The position numbers were made by a program, and so were the translations under genes. From NCBI GenBank assembly GCA_002417965.1, contig DIDD01000034.1, positions 1-29,867 on the forward strand: DNA of 29,867 nt, in the 5' to 3' direction. The stretch comes from Veillonellaceae bacterium UBA5809 (GTDB lineage: Bacteria > Bacillota > Negativicutes > Veillonellales > Dialisteraceae). Shown in pieces: positions 7,969 through 17,028 of this stretch; positions within the stretch are counted from its first letter, which is position 1; each line of letters begins with the position of its first letter. The notes beneath the pieces are model-generated. The model searched no databases. It was not told where the DNA came from and saw only the letters and a program-made list of their open reading frames with translations.

Positions 7969-8589
7969 ATGATCCGTCATATTGTTTACAGTACAGTGAG
8001 AAGAATCCTGGAGTTCTTTTTTATCAGAATTATGGGAATCCGTGTAGAAGGAAGAGAGAATATTCCTGATTGTGGGCCGCTGATTGCAGCGCCTAATCAC
8101 TGCAGCAATTGGGATCCTCCTATTGTGGGGATCGCCGTAAATAACCGTTTGGTTCATTATATGGCGAAAGAAGAATTGTTCCATTCACCGGTTATTGGAG
8201 CTGTTTTCCGGTATGTGGGAGCTTTCCCGGTAAAAAGAGGATCCGTGGACCGCACAGCACTGCGCTGTGCAATGAAGATCTTAAAGCAGGGCGAGGTGCT
8301 GGGCATCTTTCCAGAGGGAACTCGTATTAGAAACGGACATCTGGGACCGTTCCATTCAGGAATGGCATCCATTGCGCTTATGACGGGTACACCCATTCTC
8401 CCTATAGCCGTTGTGGGGACCAAAGATCTTCCGCGGAGAACCGGACCTACCGCGGTCATTATAGGGGAGCCGATTCCTGTCAAAAGACAGCGCGCTACAG
8501 AGGGTTTGGTCAAAGAAGTCAATGAACTGGTGAGCCATACAATCTCAGAAATGATTCAGGAGTATCAGAGAAGACATGAGAATTTATAA
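7969..8589 (+). CDS. plsC: 1-acyl-sn-glycerol-3-phosphate acyltransferase
   Basis: HX4D motif NHCSNWD, MAKEELF, FPVKRG, IFPEGTR. SD AGGAGG before ATG 7969. Confidence 0.92.
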   Translation: MIRHIVYSTVRRILEFFFIRIMGIRVEGRENIPDCGPLIAAPNHCSNWDPPIVGIAVNNRLVHYMAKEELFHSPVIGAVFRYVGAFPVKRGSVDRTALRCAMKILKQGEVLGIFPEGTRIRNGHLGPFHSGMASIALMTGTPILPIAVVGTKDLPRRTGPTAVIIGEPIPVKRQRATEGLVKEVNELVSHTISEMIQEYQRRHENL

Positions 8590-10495
8590 ATCAGCTGTGT
8601 ACGGTTTTTGCTATGGTGTAAGAAGGGCTATGGAAATCGCCGAATCAACCGCTAAAAGAGGACAGACCGCTGTTACATTAGGGCCTTTGATTCATAATCC
8701 CCAGGTTGTGGAACGACTTTCTGCGCAGGGAATTCGTCCGGTAGTACACCTGGACGGTTTGAAAAAAGAAATTGTCATCATACGGTCGCATGGGGTTGGT
8801 CCTTCGTGTTATAATGAAATTAAATGTAAAAGTCTGGCTTTGGTTGATGCAACCTGTCCTTTTGTAATGAGAAACCAGCAGATTACCAAAAAACTGGCGG
8901 AAGAGGGAAAACAGGTCGTATTGATCGGAGAAAAGAAACATCCAGAGATGAAAAGTGTAGCCGAGTGGGCAGAAGGCCATGCTTTTGTGGTGGAATCCCT
9001 GGATGATGTAGAAGCGCTTCCTCATTTCAGTGAGGTTCATGTCGTTTTGCAGACTACATTTTCGGAACCCCTGGCGGATGCATTGATTCAGGCCGTTTCC
9101 CGCCGGGCAGACCGTATAGAAGTTCACAAAACAATCTGCAATGCTACATCAGAACGGCAGCGGGCAGCCCGTGAACTGGCCCAAAAAGTGAATGTGATGA
9201 TTGTCATAGGGGGGCATAACAGTGCCAACACTACCCATCTGGCAGAGATTTGCCGCATGGAAGGGGCAGAGACACATCATATTGAAACAGCAGCTGAGCT
9301 TCGCTGCGCCTGGTTTCACCGCCAGGATAGAGTAGGCATCACCGCCGGTGCTTCTACACCGGACTGGATCATCGAGGAGGTCGTTTGTATTATGGATGAA
9401 ATGAGTAAAATGTTGGAAATGGATGACATGGATTATGATTTCCATAAGGGCAGTATCGTTGACGGAAAAGTTGTTGAATTGTTTGATGATAAAGCCTATG
9501 TGTCATTCGGATATAAAACCGAGGCTGTACTGCCTGTGCATGAATATTCTTATCCGGCACCGGAATCACTGAAAGATGTTTTGAAGGTCGGTGATGAAGT
9601 GCGCGCCCAGATTGTTAATGCCGTAAAGGAAGACAGCCCGATTTACATTTCCAAAATTAAGGTGGACCGTCTGGCAGACTGGGATGTTGTGGAAGAAGCC
9701 ATGGCTAAAAATGAACCGGTGGAATGTGAGGGCATTGAAGCCATTAAAGTGGGGCTGCTTGTCCAGATCAAGTCTCTCCGCGGATTTATCCCGCTGTCAC
9801 AGGGTGATCTTCGTTTTGTCCATTCTTTGTCAAATCTGGTAGGAAAGAAGTTCCGCGCCAAAATTTTGGAGGTTGACCGGGCTAAAAACCGTTTGGTTTT
9901 ATCCAGGAAAGCACTTTTGGAGGAAGAACGGGATCAGGAAATGAATGTTCTTGAAGAAGCTTTCAATGAGGGACGCGTTCTTGCCGGGACTGTGAAAAAA
10001 ATCATGCCCTACGGCGCTTTCGTGGATGTGGACGGCGTAGAGGGACTGCTTCATATTTCTGATATTTCCTGGAAGAAAATAGGGAAAGTAGAAGATGTGT
10101 TGAAACAGGATCAGGAAGTTGATGTCAAAATCAAGTCGTTTGACCGTGAAAAACAGAGAATTTCTTTCTCCCATAAAGAATGTCTCCCGGATCCGTGGGA
10201 AACATCGATCCATAATCATCAGGTTGATGAGGTGCTGAATGCCCGTGTTGTAAAGGTATTGGAATTTGGCGTTATTGTGGAATTGGAAGACGGACTGACA
10301 GGACTTCTCCATATTAATGAAATGACTAGAGATCATAATAAAAAACCCAGTGACATCTGTGCTTTAGGCGATGAGATTGAAGTGCGGATTATTGGAATTG
10401 ATGAAAATAGAAAGAGAATCAGTTTTTCACTTGTAAAGGCAGCTGGTCAGGATGAAAGTGATCTGTCCGGTGCAGAAGATGCCGAGGAAAACTGA
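8576..10495 (+). CDS. ispH: Bifunctional IspH (HMBPP reductase) / ribosomal protein S1 fusion, 639 aa
   Basis: IspH [4Fe-4S] cysteines in GFCYGV, DATCPFV and TICNAT; GITAGASTPDW; then four S1 repeats (e.g. PYGAFVDVDGVEGLLHISD). One open frame. Confidence 0.95.
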   Translation: MRIYKSAVYGFCYGVRRAMEIAESTAKRGQTAVTLGPLIHNPQVVERLSAQGIRPVVHLDGLKKEIVIIRSHGVGPSCYNEIKCKSLALVDATCPFVMRNQQITKKLAEEGKQVVLIGEKKHPEMKSVAEWAEGHAFVVESLDDVEALPHFSEVHVVLQTTFSEPLADALIQAVSRRADRIEVHKTICNATSERQRAARELAQKVNVMIVIGGHNSANTTHLAEICRMEGAETHHIETAAELRCAWFHRQDRVGITAGASTPDWIIEEVVCIMDEMSKMLEMDDMDYDFHKGSIVDGKVVELFDDKAYVSFGYKTEAVLPVHEYSYPAPESLKDVLKVGDEVRAQIVNAVKEDSPIYISKIKVDRLADWDVVEEAMAKNEPVECEGIEAIKVGLLVQIKSLRGFIPLSQGDLRFVHSLSNLVGKKFRAKILEVDRAKNRLVLSRKALLEEERDQEMNVLEEAFNEGRVLAGTVKKIMPYGAFVDVDGVEGLLHISDISWKKIGKVEDVLKQDQEVDVKIKSFDREKQRISFSHKECLPDPWETSIHNHQVDEVLNARVVKVLEFGVIVELEDGLTGLLHINEMTRDHNKKPSDICALGDEIEVRIIGIDENRKRISFSLVKAAGQDESDLSGAEDAEEN

Positions 10496-10510
10496 CTGAT
10501 TTGAGGGACT

Positions 10511-11827
10511 ATGGCAAGACAGAAAGAAGGCATTATTTCGGCTGTTGAAAGCGGCAGCCTGGCAGAAAAAAACGGCCTTCGTCCGGGAGACCGTATTGTC
10601 AGTGTCAATGATAGAAATGTGGGTGATATCATTGACCTGACATTCGCTCTGTCAGATGAAGATGTTCATATGGTAGTAAGAGATTCACTGGGACACACAC
10701 AGTCCCATTATTTTCAGAAAAGGTTTGATGAAGGGCTGGGAATCTCTGTAGAAAGTGCTGTTTTTGATCATATACGGCAATGTTCAAATCAATGCAGTTT
10801 CTGCTTTATTGATCAGATGCCGCGGGGAATGCGGGAGTCATTGTATGTAAAAGATGATGACTACCGCATGTCTTTTTTGTATGGGAATTTTATTACGCTG
10901 ACGAATCTAACTGATAATGACCTTGACAGAATACGGAGACTGCATCTCTCACCGCTCTATGTATCCGTCCATACAACGAATGGAACGCTGAGAAAACAGA
11001 TGATGAAAAATCCCCGGGCCGGGGATATTTGTGCTATGCTGGAAAAACTGGCGGACTGCGGTATTCAGATGAATACACAGATCGTGCTCTGTCCCGGGGT
11101 CAATGACGGTTCCGAGCTGGAGACAACGCTGGAGAAGCTGTATTCTTACGGAGAGGCCATTTTGTCAGTGGCGATTGTTCCGGTAGGGCTGTCCCGTTTC
11201 AGAGACCGGCTGGCACCTCTTTCGGCATTTGATGAAGCATCTGCAAGGCGGGCCATCCGGGTTGTGGAAAAATGGCAGAAAAAATCCAGGCAGGAGCGGG
11301 AACGGAGTTTCGCTTATCTGGGAGACGAATTTTATCTTACCGCCAGGATGCCTATGCCGCCTGCTTCCTGGTATGATGGATTCCCGGAACTGGAAGATGG
11401 TATAGGAATGATGAGAAAATTTGAAGAGCAGTGGAAGGCCCATGAGCATCCTGCGGTCAGCGGACCGGAGCATCCCACCAAAGTGGTGCTGCCCTGCGGC
11501 ACATTGATTGGTAAATGGCTTCATCATGCGTCAGATACACTGCACATTCCTAATCTGCAGGTGCATGTTATGCCGGTGGAAAATGATTATTTCGGGCATG
11601 GTGTCCATGTGACGGGACTTTTAACTGCAGAAGATATCATGAAATCTGTCAGTGCTCTTCCTTTTCGCCCGGACGGGCTGATTATCCCCGGGGTTACTCT
11701 GAGAAAGGGAGAACCTGTATTTTTGGATGATGTAACATTGAAGCAATTTCAGTCTGACTGCAAAATTCCTGTTAAAGTCTGTCAGTTTGCAGATGATTTT
11801 TTGGATACGGTTTATCAATGGAAATGA
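10511..11827 (+). CDS. PDZ + DUF512 radical-SAM-like Fe-S protein
   Basis: N-terminal PDZ-like GLRPGDRIVSVN; CSNQCSFC (CX3CX2C); DQMPRGMRESLYVKDDDYRMSF; DEFYL; PELEDGIGM; VTGLLTAED. Confidence 0.88.
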   Translation: MARQKEGIISAVESGSLAEKNGLRPGDRIVSVNDRNVGDIIDLTFALSDEDVHMVVRDSLGHTQSHYFQKRFDEGLGISVESAVFDHIRQCSNQCSFCFIDQMPRGMRESLYVKDDDYRMSFLYGNFITLTNLTDNDLDRIRRLHLSPLYVSVHTTNGTLRKQMMKNPRAGDICAMLEKLADCGIQMNTQIVLCPGVNDGSELETTLEKLYSYGEAILSVAIVPVGLSRFRDRLAPLSAFDEASARRAIRVVEKWQKKSRQERERSFAYLGDEFYLTARMPMPPASWYDGFPELEDGIGMMRKFEEQWKAHEHPAVSGPEHPTKVVLPCGTLIGKWLHHASDTLHIPNLQVHVMPVENDYFGHGVHVTGLLTAEDIMKSVSALPFRPDGLIIPGVTLRKGEPVFLDDVTLKQFQSDCKIPVKVCQFADDFLDTVYQWK

Positions 11828-11838
11828 GGTGAAATGAT

Positions 11839-13173
11839 ATGTCCAAACCGCTGGTTGCTATTGTAGGACGTCCTAATGTCGGAAAATCCACTCTTTTTAA
11901 TGGTCTGGCAGAAAAAAAAGTTTCTATTATTGAAGATATACCTGGCGTAACACGGGACAGGATTTATTGTGATGCCCAATGGCTGGATCATACCTTTACA
12001 CTGATCGATACAGGAGGTATTGAATTTCTTGATCCCGAAAGAGACGGTATTCAGACTGGAATCCGTGAACAGGCACAGCTGGCTGTTCATGAGGCAGATG
12101 TCATTATTTTTCTGACAGATGCCAGGGCAGGTGTTGTGCAGGAAGATCAAATGATTGCAGAAATGCTTAGAAAATCAGGAAAACCTGTTGTTGTTACGGT
12201 TAATAAAGTTGACAGCAGCCGCCAGGAAATGGATGTTTATGAATTCTATTCTCTGGGGCTGGGAGACCCTGTCGGAATTTCTGCTGTCAACCGCATTAAT
12301 TTCGGAGATCTATTGGACCGTGTAACAGAAGATTTTCCGCCGGCGCTTCCTGAAGAAGACAGTGATGTTGTCCGGATTGCTTTGGTCGGGAGGCCCAACG
12401 TGGGAAAGTCTACGCTGACAAATGCACTCCTGGGATATAAAAGATCTCTTGTCAGCGATGAAATGGGCACTACAAGGGATGCTGTCGATTCCGTATGGAA
12501 TTTTAAAGGCCGCCGGTTTATCCTGATTGATACGGCAGGCATGCGGCGGAAGGGCAAGATTGATCTGCCCGTAGAACGGTATAGTGTACTGCGGGCCCTC
12601 CGTTCGGTAGATCACTGCGATGTGGCTGTTCTTGTGCTGGATGCGCGTGATAAAGTAACAGAACAGGATAAAAAAATTGCCGGTTATATTCATGAATCAG
12701 GCAAGGGTGTTATTCTTCTTATGAATAAATGGGATGCGGTAGAAAAGGATACACAGACACAGCTTAGATATACAGAAGAGGTTCGTAAAGAACTGGTTTT
12801 TATGCAGTATGCCCCCGTGCTTTATGCATCTGCACTGACCGGACAGAGAATTCAGCGTTTGGGAGATTTGGCGGCTTATGTGGCAGAACAGCAGAGTCTC
12901 CGTATTTCAACCAGCGTGCTGAATGATCTGCTGAATGACGCCAAGCTGATTAATCCTCCGCCATCCCGTAAAGGACGGGTGGCCAAACTCTATTACATGA
13001 CAGAGGTATCAGTAAAGCCCCCTACTTTTGTCCTTTTTGCCAATGATGCTTCTTTGATCCATTTTTCCTATATGCGGTTTATTGAAAACCGTCTACGTGA
13101 GTCATTTGGTTTTGAGGGAACTCCTATCCGGCTTCTCGTGAGAAGCAAGAAAGAGGATGATGCACGTGCTTGA
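11839..13173 (+). CDS. der: Ribosome biogenesis GTPase Der (EngA)
   Basis: Two G domains (GRPNVGKST/DTGG/NKVD and GRPNVGKST/DTAG/NKWD) plus a C-terminal KH-like region (KPPTFVLF, FEGTPIRL). Confidence 0.98.
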   Translation: MSKPLVAIVGRPNVGKSTLFNGLAEKKVSIIEDIPGVTRDRIYCDAQWLDHTFTLIDTGGIEFLDPERDGIQTGIREQAQLAVHEADVIIFLTDARAGVVQEDQMIAEMLRKSGKPVVVTVNKVDSSRQEMDVYEFYSLGLGDPVGISAVNRINFGDLLDRVTEDFPPALPEEDSDVVRIALVGRPNVGKSTLTNALLGYKRSLVSDEMGTTRDAVDSVWNFKGRRFILIDTAGMRRKGKIDLPVERYSVLRALRSVDHCDVAVLVLDARDKVTEQDKKIAGYIHESGKGVILLMNKWDAVEKDTQTQLRYTEEVRKELVFMQYAPVLYASALTGQRIQRLGDLAAYVAEQQSLRISTSVLNDLLNDAKLINPPPSRKGRVAKLYYMTEVSVKPPTFVLFANDASLIHFSYMRFIENRLRESFGFEGTPIRLLVRSKKEDDARA

Positions 13174-13750
13174 CTATTTTTGGCCTGCAGCCGCTTATTT
13201 CCTGGGGTCCATCCCCAGCGGGTTTTTAATTGGAAGATATGTCTATCATGTCAATTTAAAAAAACAGGGAAGTTGCAACATTGGGGCCACTAATGCATAC
13301 CGTGTTATTGGTTTTCCTGCAGCGGCACTGGTATTCGCCTGCGATTTTGCAAAGGGAGCTGCTGCAGTCTGGCTCGGAGAGCCGCGCCCCATCATTATGG
13401 TTCTTTGTGCTTTTATGGCTATTGTGGGAAATAATTGGTCGGTCTTTCTCCATTTTAAAAGCGGGCGGGGCGTAGCCTGCGGAGTGGGAGCCTTTACCTG
13501 GCTTTTCCCCTGGGCTACAGCGGCGGCTTTTGCTGTATGGATTCTTGTCTTTGCAGCAAAGAGAATTGTTTCACTAGCCTCGATTATTGCGACGCCTGTA
13601 GTGCCGCTGGTCCTTTTCCTGATGGGAGAACCCAAAGAATATGTTGTCTTCGGCACACTGGCAGCTGTTTTGATTATTGCACGGCATAAAGAAAATATTC
13701 ACCGCCTCATACGGGGAGAAGAGAAGAAAATTCAAAGAGAAAAAAGGTGA
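13157..13750 (+). CDS. plsY: Glycerol-3-phosphate 1-O-acyltransferase PlsY
   Basis: YFLGSIPSG, GSCNIGATNAYR, DFAKG, FKSGRGVA, HKENIHRLIRGEE; multiple hydrophobic segments. Exact start uncertain (ATG 13157, ATG 13160 or GTG 13166). Confidence 0.93.
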   Translation: MMHVLDYFWPAAAYFLGSIPSGFLIGRYVYHVNLKKQGSCNIGATNAYRVIGFPAAALVFACDFAKGAAAVWLGEPRPIIMVLCAFMAIVGNNWSVFLHFKSGRGVACGVGAFTWLFPWATAAAFAVWILVFAAKRIVSLASIIATPVVPLVLFLMGEPKEYVVFGTLAAVLIIARHKENIHRLIRGEEKKIQREKR

Positions 13751-13754
13751 TATT

Positions 13755-14783
13755 GTGAAAATCGCCATGATAGGAGCCGGAGGCTGGGGAACAGCTATGG
13801 TCAGTCAGTTGGCAAGGCAACATAATGATATTTCATTTTACTGCCGCAATCCTAAGGTTAGGGATGAAATTCAGGAATTTCGGGAAAACCGCACGTACCT
13901 TCCAGGAGTTTTAATTCCAAATCATGTACAGGTGACCGGCTCTTTAAAAGAAGCTGTATCCGGATCCGACTGCACAATCCTGTGCACTCCGTCTAAAGCC
14001 ATTGAAGAAACGGCGGGAAGCATATCCCATTTTGTAAAGCCTGAATCAGTGATCGTCTGCGCAGCCAAGGGCTTGGCTGCCCATGACGGACTTCGTCTTT
14101 CACAGGTGATTGAAAAAAAGCTCTGTCTGGTAACTGACCGGATTGTCGCTTTATCAGGGCCTAATCATGCGGAGGAGGTCGGACGCGGCCTTCCGGCTGC
14201 TACTGTGGCGGCTTCCAGAATTCCGGAAGCTGTACAGATTGTCCAGGATATTTATATGTCGCCCACATTCCGTGTATACCGGAGTGATGATATTATCGGT
14301 GTGGAATACGGAGGCGCACTGAAAAATATCATGGCGCTGGCTGCTGGTGTGCAGGATGGCCTGGGGCTGGGAGACAACTGCCGTGCAGCGCTTATGACGC
14401 GGGGACTGGTTGAAATGACACGTTTTGGTTCTCATTTCGGAGCTAAAGTCAGTACTTTTTTTGGACTATCAGGCATGGGCGATCTCATTGTGACATGTAC
14501 CAGCAAGCACAGCAGAAATCATGCGGCGGGTATTCTTTTGGCACAGGGAAAAAACACACAGGAAGTCATGTCCGGAACGAATATGGTTGTGGAGGGAATT
14601 CGGACAGCGGCCATTGTTCATGACATTGCGCAAAAAGAAAATATTGATATGCCTATAACAGAAGAGGTATACCGTCTTTTGTGCGGAGAGCACACACCGC
14701 TGGAAGCCCTGGATCTTCTGATGTCCCGTGCCAAAAAGGCAGAGTCTGAAATGGATCTCCCCGGAAGCGGAAGTATGGATTAA
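13755..14783 (+). CDS. gpsA: NAD(P)H-dependent glycerol-3-phosphate dehydrogenase
   Basis: IGAGGWGTA, AKG, LSGPNHAEEV, GGALKNIMA, GLSGMGDLIVTCTSKHSRN, VVEG. GTG start at 13755 after SD AAGGTG. Confidence 0.96.
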   Translation: MKIAMIGAGGWGTAMVSQLARQHNDISFYCRNPKVRDEIQEFRENRTYLPGVLIPNHVQVTGSLKEAVSGSDCTILCTPSKAIEETAGSISHFVKPESVIVCAAKGLAAHDGLRLSQVIEKKLCLVTDRIVALSGPNHAEEVGRGLPAATVAASRIPEAVQIVQDIYMSPTFRVYRSDDIIGVEYGGALKNIMALAAGVQDGLGLGDNCRAALMTRGLVEMTRFGSHFGAKVSTFFGLSGMGDLIVTCTSKHSRNHAAGILLAQGKNTQEVMSGTNMVVEGIRTAAIVHDIAQKENIDMPITEEVYRLLCGEHTPLEALDLLMSRAKKAESEMDLPGSGSMD

Positions 14784-14814
14784 TTATCAGACTGTCCATT
14801 TATTTCTTGATTTA

Positions 14815-14823
14815 TGATATAAT
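14815..14823 (+). promoter_or_regulatory. Extended -10 element upstream of rsmD
   Basis: TGATATAAT (TGnTATAAT) in the AT-rich gpsA-rsmD gap; no convincing -35. Confidence 0.45.
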
Positions 14824-14845
14824 AAAACTAAAAAGTTGGAATGAT

Positions 14846-15400
14846 ATGCTGAAAATTATAGGAGGAAGCAGCCGGGGCATTTTATTGGCTGCGCCGAAGG
14901 GCCGCCACACGAGGCCTACTCTTGGCAGAGTCAGGGAAAGTATCTTTAATGTACTTGCCAATGTAGGTATAATAGATACGAAGATCATTGACCTGTTTGC
15001 AGGGACAGGAGCCATGGGGCTGGAAGCTCTGAGCCGGGGGGCCAGTTCATCTGTTTTTATTGATCAGGCTACCAGAAGGATCCTTTTGGAGAATATACGC
15101 AGGACTCACAATGAAGGCCGCTGCTCAGTGATTGGAAGCGACATATATGCAGGTCTGGGTAGGCTTGCAGGTCAAAAATTTGATTATGTATTTCTTGATC
15201 CTCCGTATCACAGTTCGCATATTCAGAAAGTGCTTGAAATTTTGGCGGCAGAGTCTCTCTTGGCAGAGAATGCTGTAGTCATTGCAGAGCATGGAGAAGA
15301 TGAAACTCTTATGGATGGGAACAACAGTGCATTCCAGCTTTGGAAGTTATCCCGATTTGGGGAAACAGCCGTCAGCTATTTGAAATATATAAAAACCTGA
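14846..15400 (+). CDS. rsmD: 16S rRNA (guanine(966)-N2)-methyltransferase
   Basis: KIIGG..RG, TRPT..RVRESIFN, DLFAGTGAMGLEALSRGA, FLDPPY. Adjacent to coaD as usual. Confidence 0.94.
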   Translation: MLKIIGGSSRGILLAAPKGRHTRPTLGRVRESIFNVLANVGIIDTKIIDLFAGTGAMGLEALSRGASSSVFIDQATRRILLENIRRTHNEGRCSVIGSDIYAGLGRLAGQKFDYVFLDPPYHSSHIQKVLEILAAESLLAENAVVIAEHGEDETLMDGNNSAFQLWKLSRFGETAVSYLKYIKT

Positions 15401-15410
15401 AGGTGAATTT

Positions 15411-15899
15411 ATGAGAATCGCGATTTGTCCGGGAAGCTTTGATCCAGTGACCTATGGACATTTGGATATTATAGAGAGAAGTTCCAAATTGGTTGATGTG
15501 CTGATTGTAGCTGTTTTCTGCAATCCAGAAAAGCATCCCATGTTTACTATGGAGGAACGGGTTGATATGCTGAAGCAGACTACAAAGAATTTTTCCAATG
15601 TGAAAATTGACTGCTTCGGCGGACTTTTGAATGAGTATGCCAAAAAAAAAGGATGCCGTCTTTTAATTCGTGGATTACGTGCATTTAGTGATTTTGAATA
15701 TGAATTTCAAAGGGCTCTTTTGCTGAAGCAGGTGGATCCGGAACTGGAAACAGCCTTCTTTATGACGGAAGGAAAGTATTCTTTCCTCAGTTCAACCGGT
15801 GTGCGTGAGTTGGCTTATTTCGGAGGAGATATTTCAAAACTGGTGCCGCCTTATGTGCAGCAGATGATTGAAAAAAAGAATTTCTGTACCAAAAAGTGA
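15411..15899 (+). CDS. coaD: Pantetheine-phosphate adenylyltransferase
   Basis: PGSFDPVTYGHLDII, IRGLRAFSDFEYE, SFLSSTGVRE. Confidence 0.97.
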   Translation: MRIAICPGSFDPVTYGHLDIIERSSKLVDVLIVAVFCNPEKHPMFTMEERVDMLKQTTKNFSNVKIDCFGGLLNEYAKKKGCRLLIRGLRAFSDFEYEFQRALLLKQVDPELETAFFMTEGKYSFLSSTGVRELAYFGGDISKLVPPYVQQMIEKKNFCTKK

Positions 15900-15912
15900 G
15901 GGGCGTTATCGT

Positions 15913-16401
15913 ATGGACACAAGAAAATTACTGGAAGAACTGGAAAATGTAGTGATTAACTCCGGCGAGCTCCCATTTACCAATAAAAAAATGGTAGATC
16001 GGGATGAAGTGGTTCGTTTAATTGATGCGATTAATCAATCTTTACCCAATGAACTGGAAAGTGCAAAACGTATTGTAGCGGATAAAGAACGGATCATGCT
16101 TGATGCTGAAAAAAAAGCGGATGATACCATCGCCCAGGCAAAGGATTATATTGCCCGTATTACAGAAGAGAGCGAACTGGTAAAACAGGCTCAGGAAAGA
16201 GCGAACCAAATTGTTTCAGCAGCCAATCAATCCTCGGAAGAGCTAAAGAACAGCTCTGTTACTTATGCAACGGATGTACTTAAGTATGTAGAAACTAATT
16301 TGGAGAATATGCTTGACAGTCTCAGAAAAAACAGGCAGAGTCTGATTGATTCCAATCATGTTTCTTCCTCTGCACAAAATCAGAAAATCGATCAGAAATA
16401 A
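15913..16401 (+). CDS. Conserved coiled-coil protein downstream of coaD (DivIVA/SepIVA-like; often auto-annotated as ATPase)
   Basis: LLEELEN...LPFTNKKMVDRDEVVRLID.I...LPNELESA followed by A/E/K-rich heptads. No Walker motif. Confidence 0.75.
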   Translation: MDTRKLLEELENVVINSGELPFTNKKMVDRDEVVRLIDAINQSLPNELESAKRIVADKERIMLDAEKKADDTIAQAKDYIARITEESELVKQAQERANQIVSAANQSSEELKNSSVTYATDVLKYVETNLENMLDSLRKNRQSLIDSNHVSSSAQNQKIDQK

Positions 16402-16407
16402 GTCAGG

Positions 16408-16441
16408 AAGGAATACCGGTGGAGCGGTATTCCTTTTTTTT
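16408..16441 (+). terminator. Intrinsic terminator between the coiled-coil gene and comEA
   Basis: Perfect 11-bp stem AAGGAATACCG/CGGTATTCCTT, loop GTGGAG, T-run continuing to 16441. Confidence 0.8.
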
Positions 16442-16455
16442 AGGGAGGGCCTTGT

Positions 16456-17028
16456 ATGAAGGGGAAAGTCATGGCCGTATTTGCACAGAAAAAACAGTTC
16501 ATTTGTCTGGTTTCTCTTTTTTTTATATTATGCAGTATTTCACTGTGGATGTGGAAGCCGCCGAAGGATTCGGTACAGATTACTGCAGATGGCGGGAACA
16601 ATGAAAAAATGGCTGAGGAAAGCGGTGTCACAGTCTATGTTACCGGTGCGGTAAAGCATCCAGGGGTTTATGATCTGATGCCGGGGGCCCGCGTATCAGA
16701 TGCATTAAAAGCGGCTGGGGATGTACTTCCGTATGCCGATTTAGAAGAAATGAACCTGGCGGCACCGGCAGCGGACGGTATCCGGATCATGGTTCCAATA
16801 TGCCCGGAAACAGGTCAATATTCATCGGGAAACAGCGGTAAAATCCCCATTAACACAGCCACGGAAAGTGAACTGAACTCTGTTCCGGGAGTGGGTATTT
16901 CCACAGCCAAAAAGATTATTGAATATCGAGAGGCTCATGGATTCTTTCATGCGAAAGAAGATCTTATGAATATCCCCGGGATAGGAGAGGGGAAATTCCG
17001 AAAAATGGAAGACCGGATCACATTATGA
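16456..17028 (+). CDS. comEA: Competence DNA receptor ComEA
   Basis: N-terminal TM helix; SLBB domain VYVTGAVKHPGVY...RVSDALKAAG; helix-hairpin-helix IPINTATESELNSVPGVG...AKKIIEYRE...IPGIGEGK. SD GGGAGG upstream. Confidence 0.93.
   Translation: MKGKVMAVFAQKKQFICLVSLFFILCSISLWMWKPPKDSVQITADGGNNEKMAEESGVTVYVTGAVKHPGVYDLMPGARVSDALKAAGDVLPYADLEEMNLAAPAADGIRIMVPICPETGQYSSGNSGKIPINTATESELNSVPGVGISTAKKIIEYREAHGFFHAKEDLMNIPGIGEGKFRKMEDRITL

Noticed and set aside
16313-16341. TTGACA inside the coiled-coil gene as a comEA promoter
   Set aside because: The matching -10 (CAGAGT) is poor, and it lies upstream of the terminator, so it would not bypass it.
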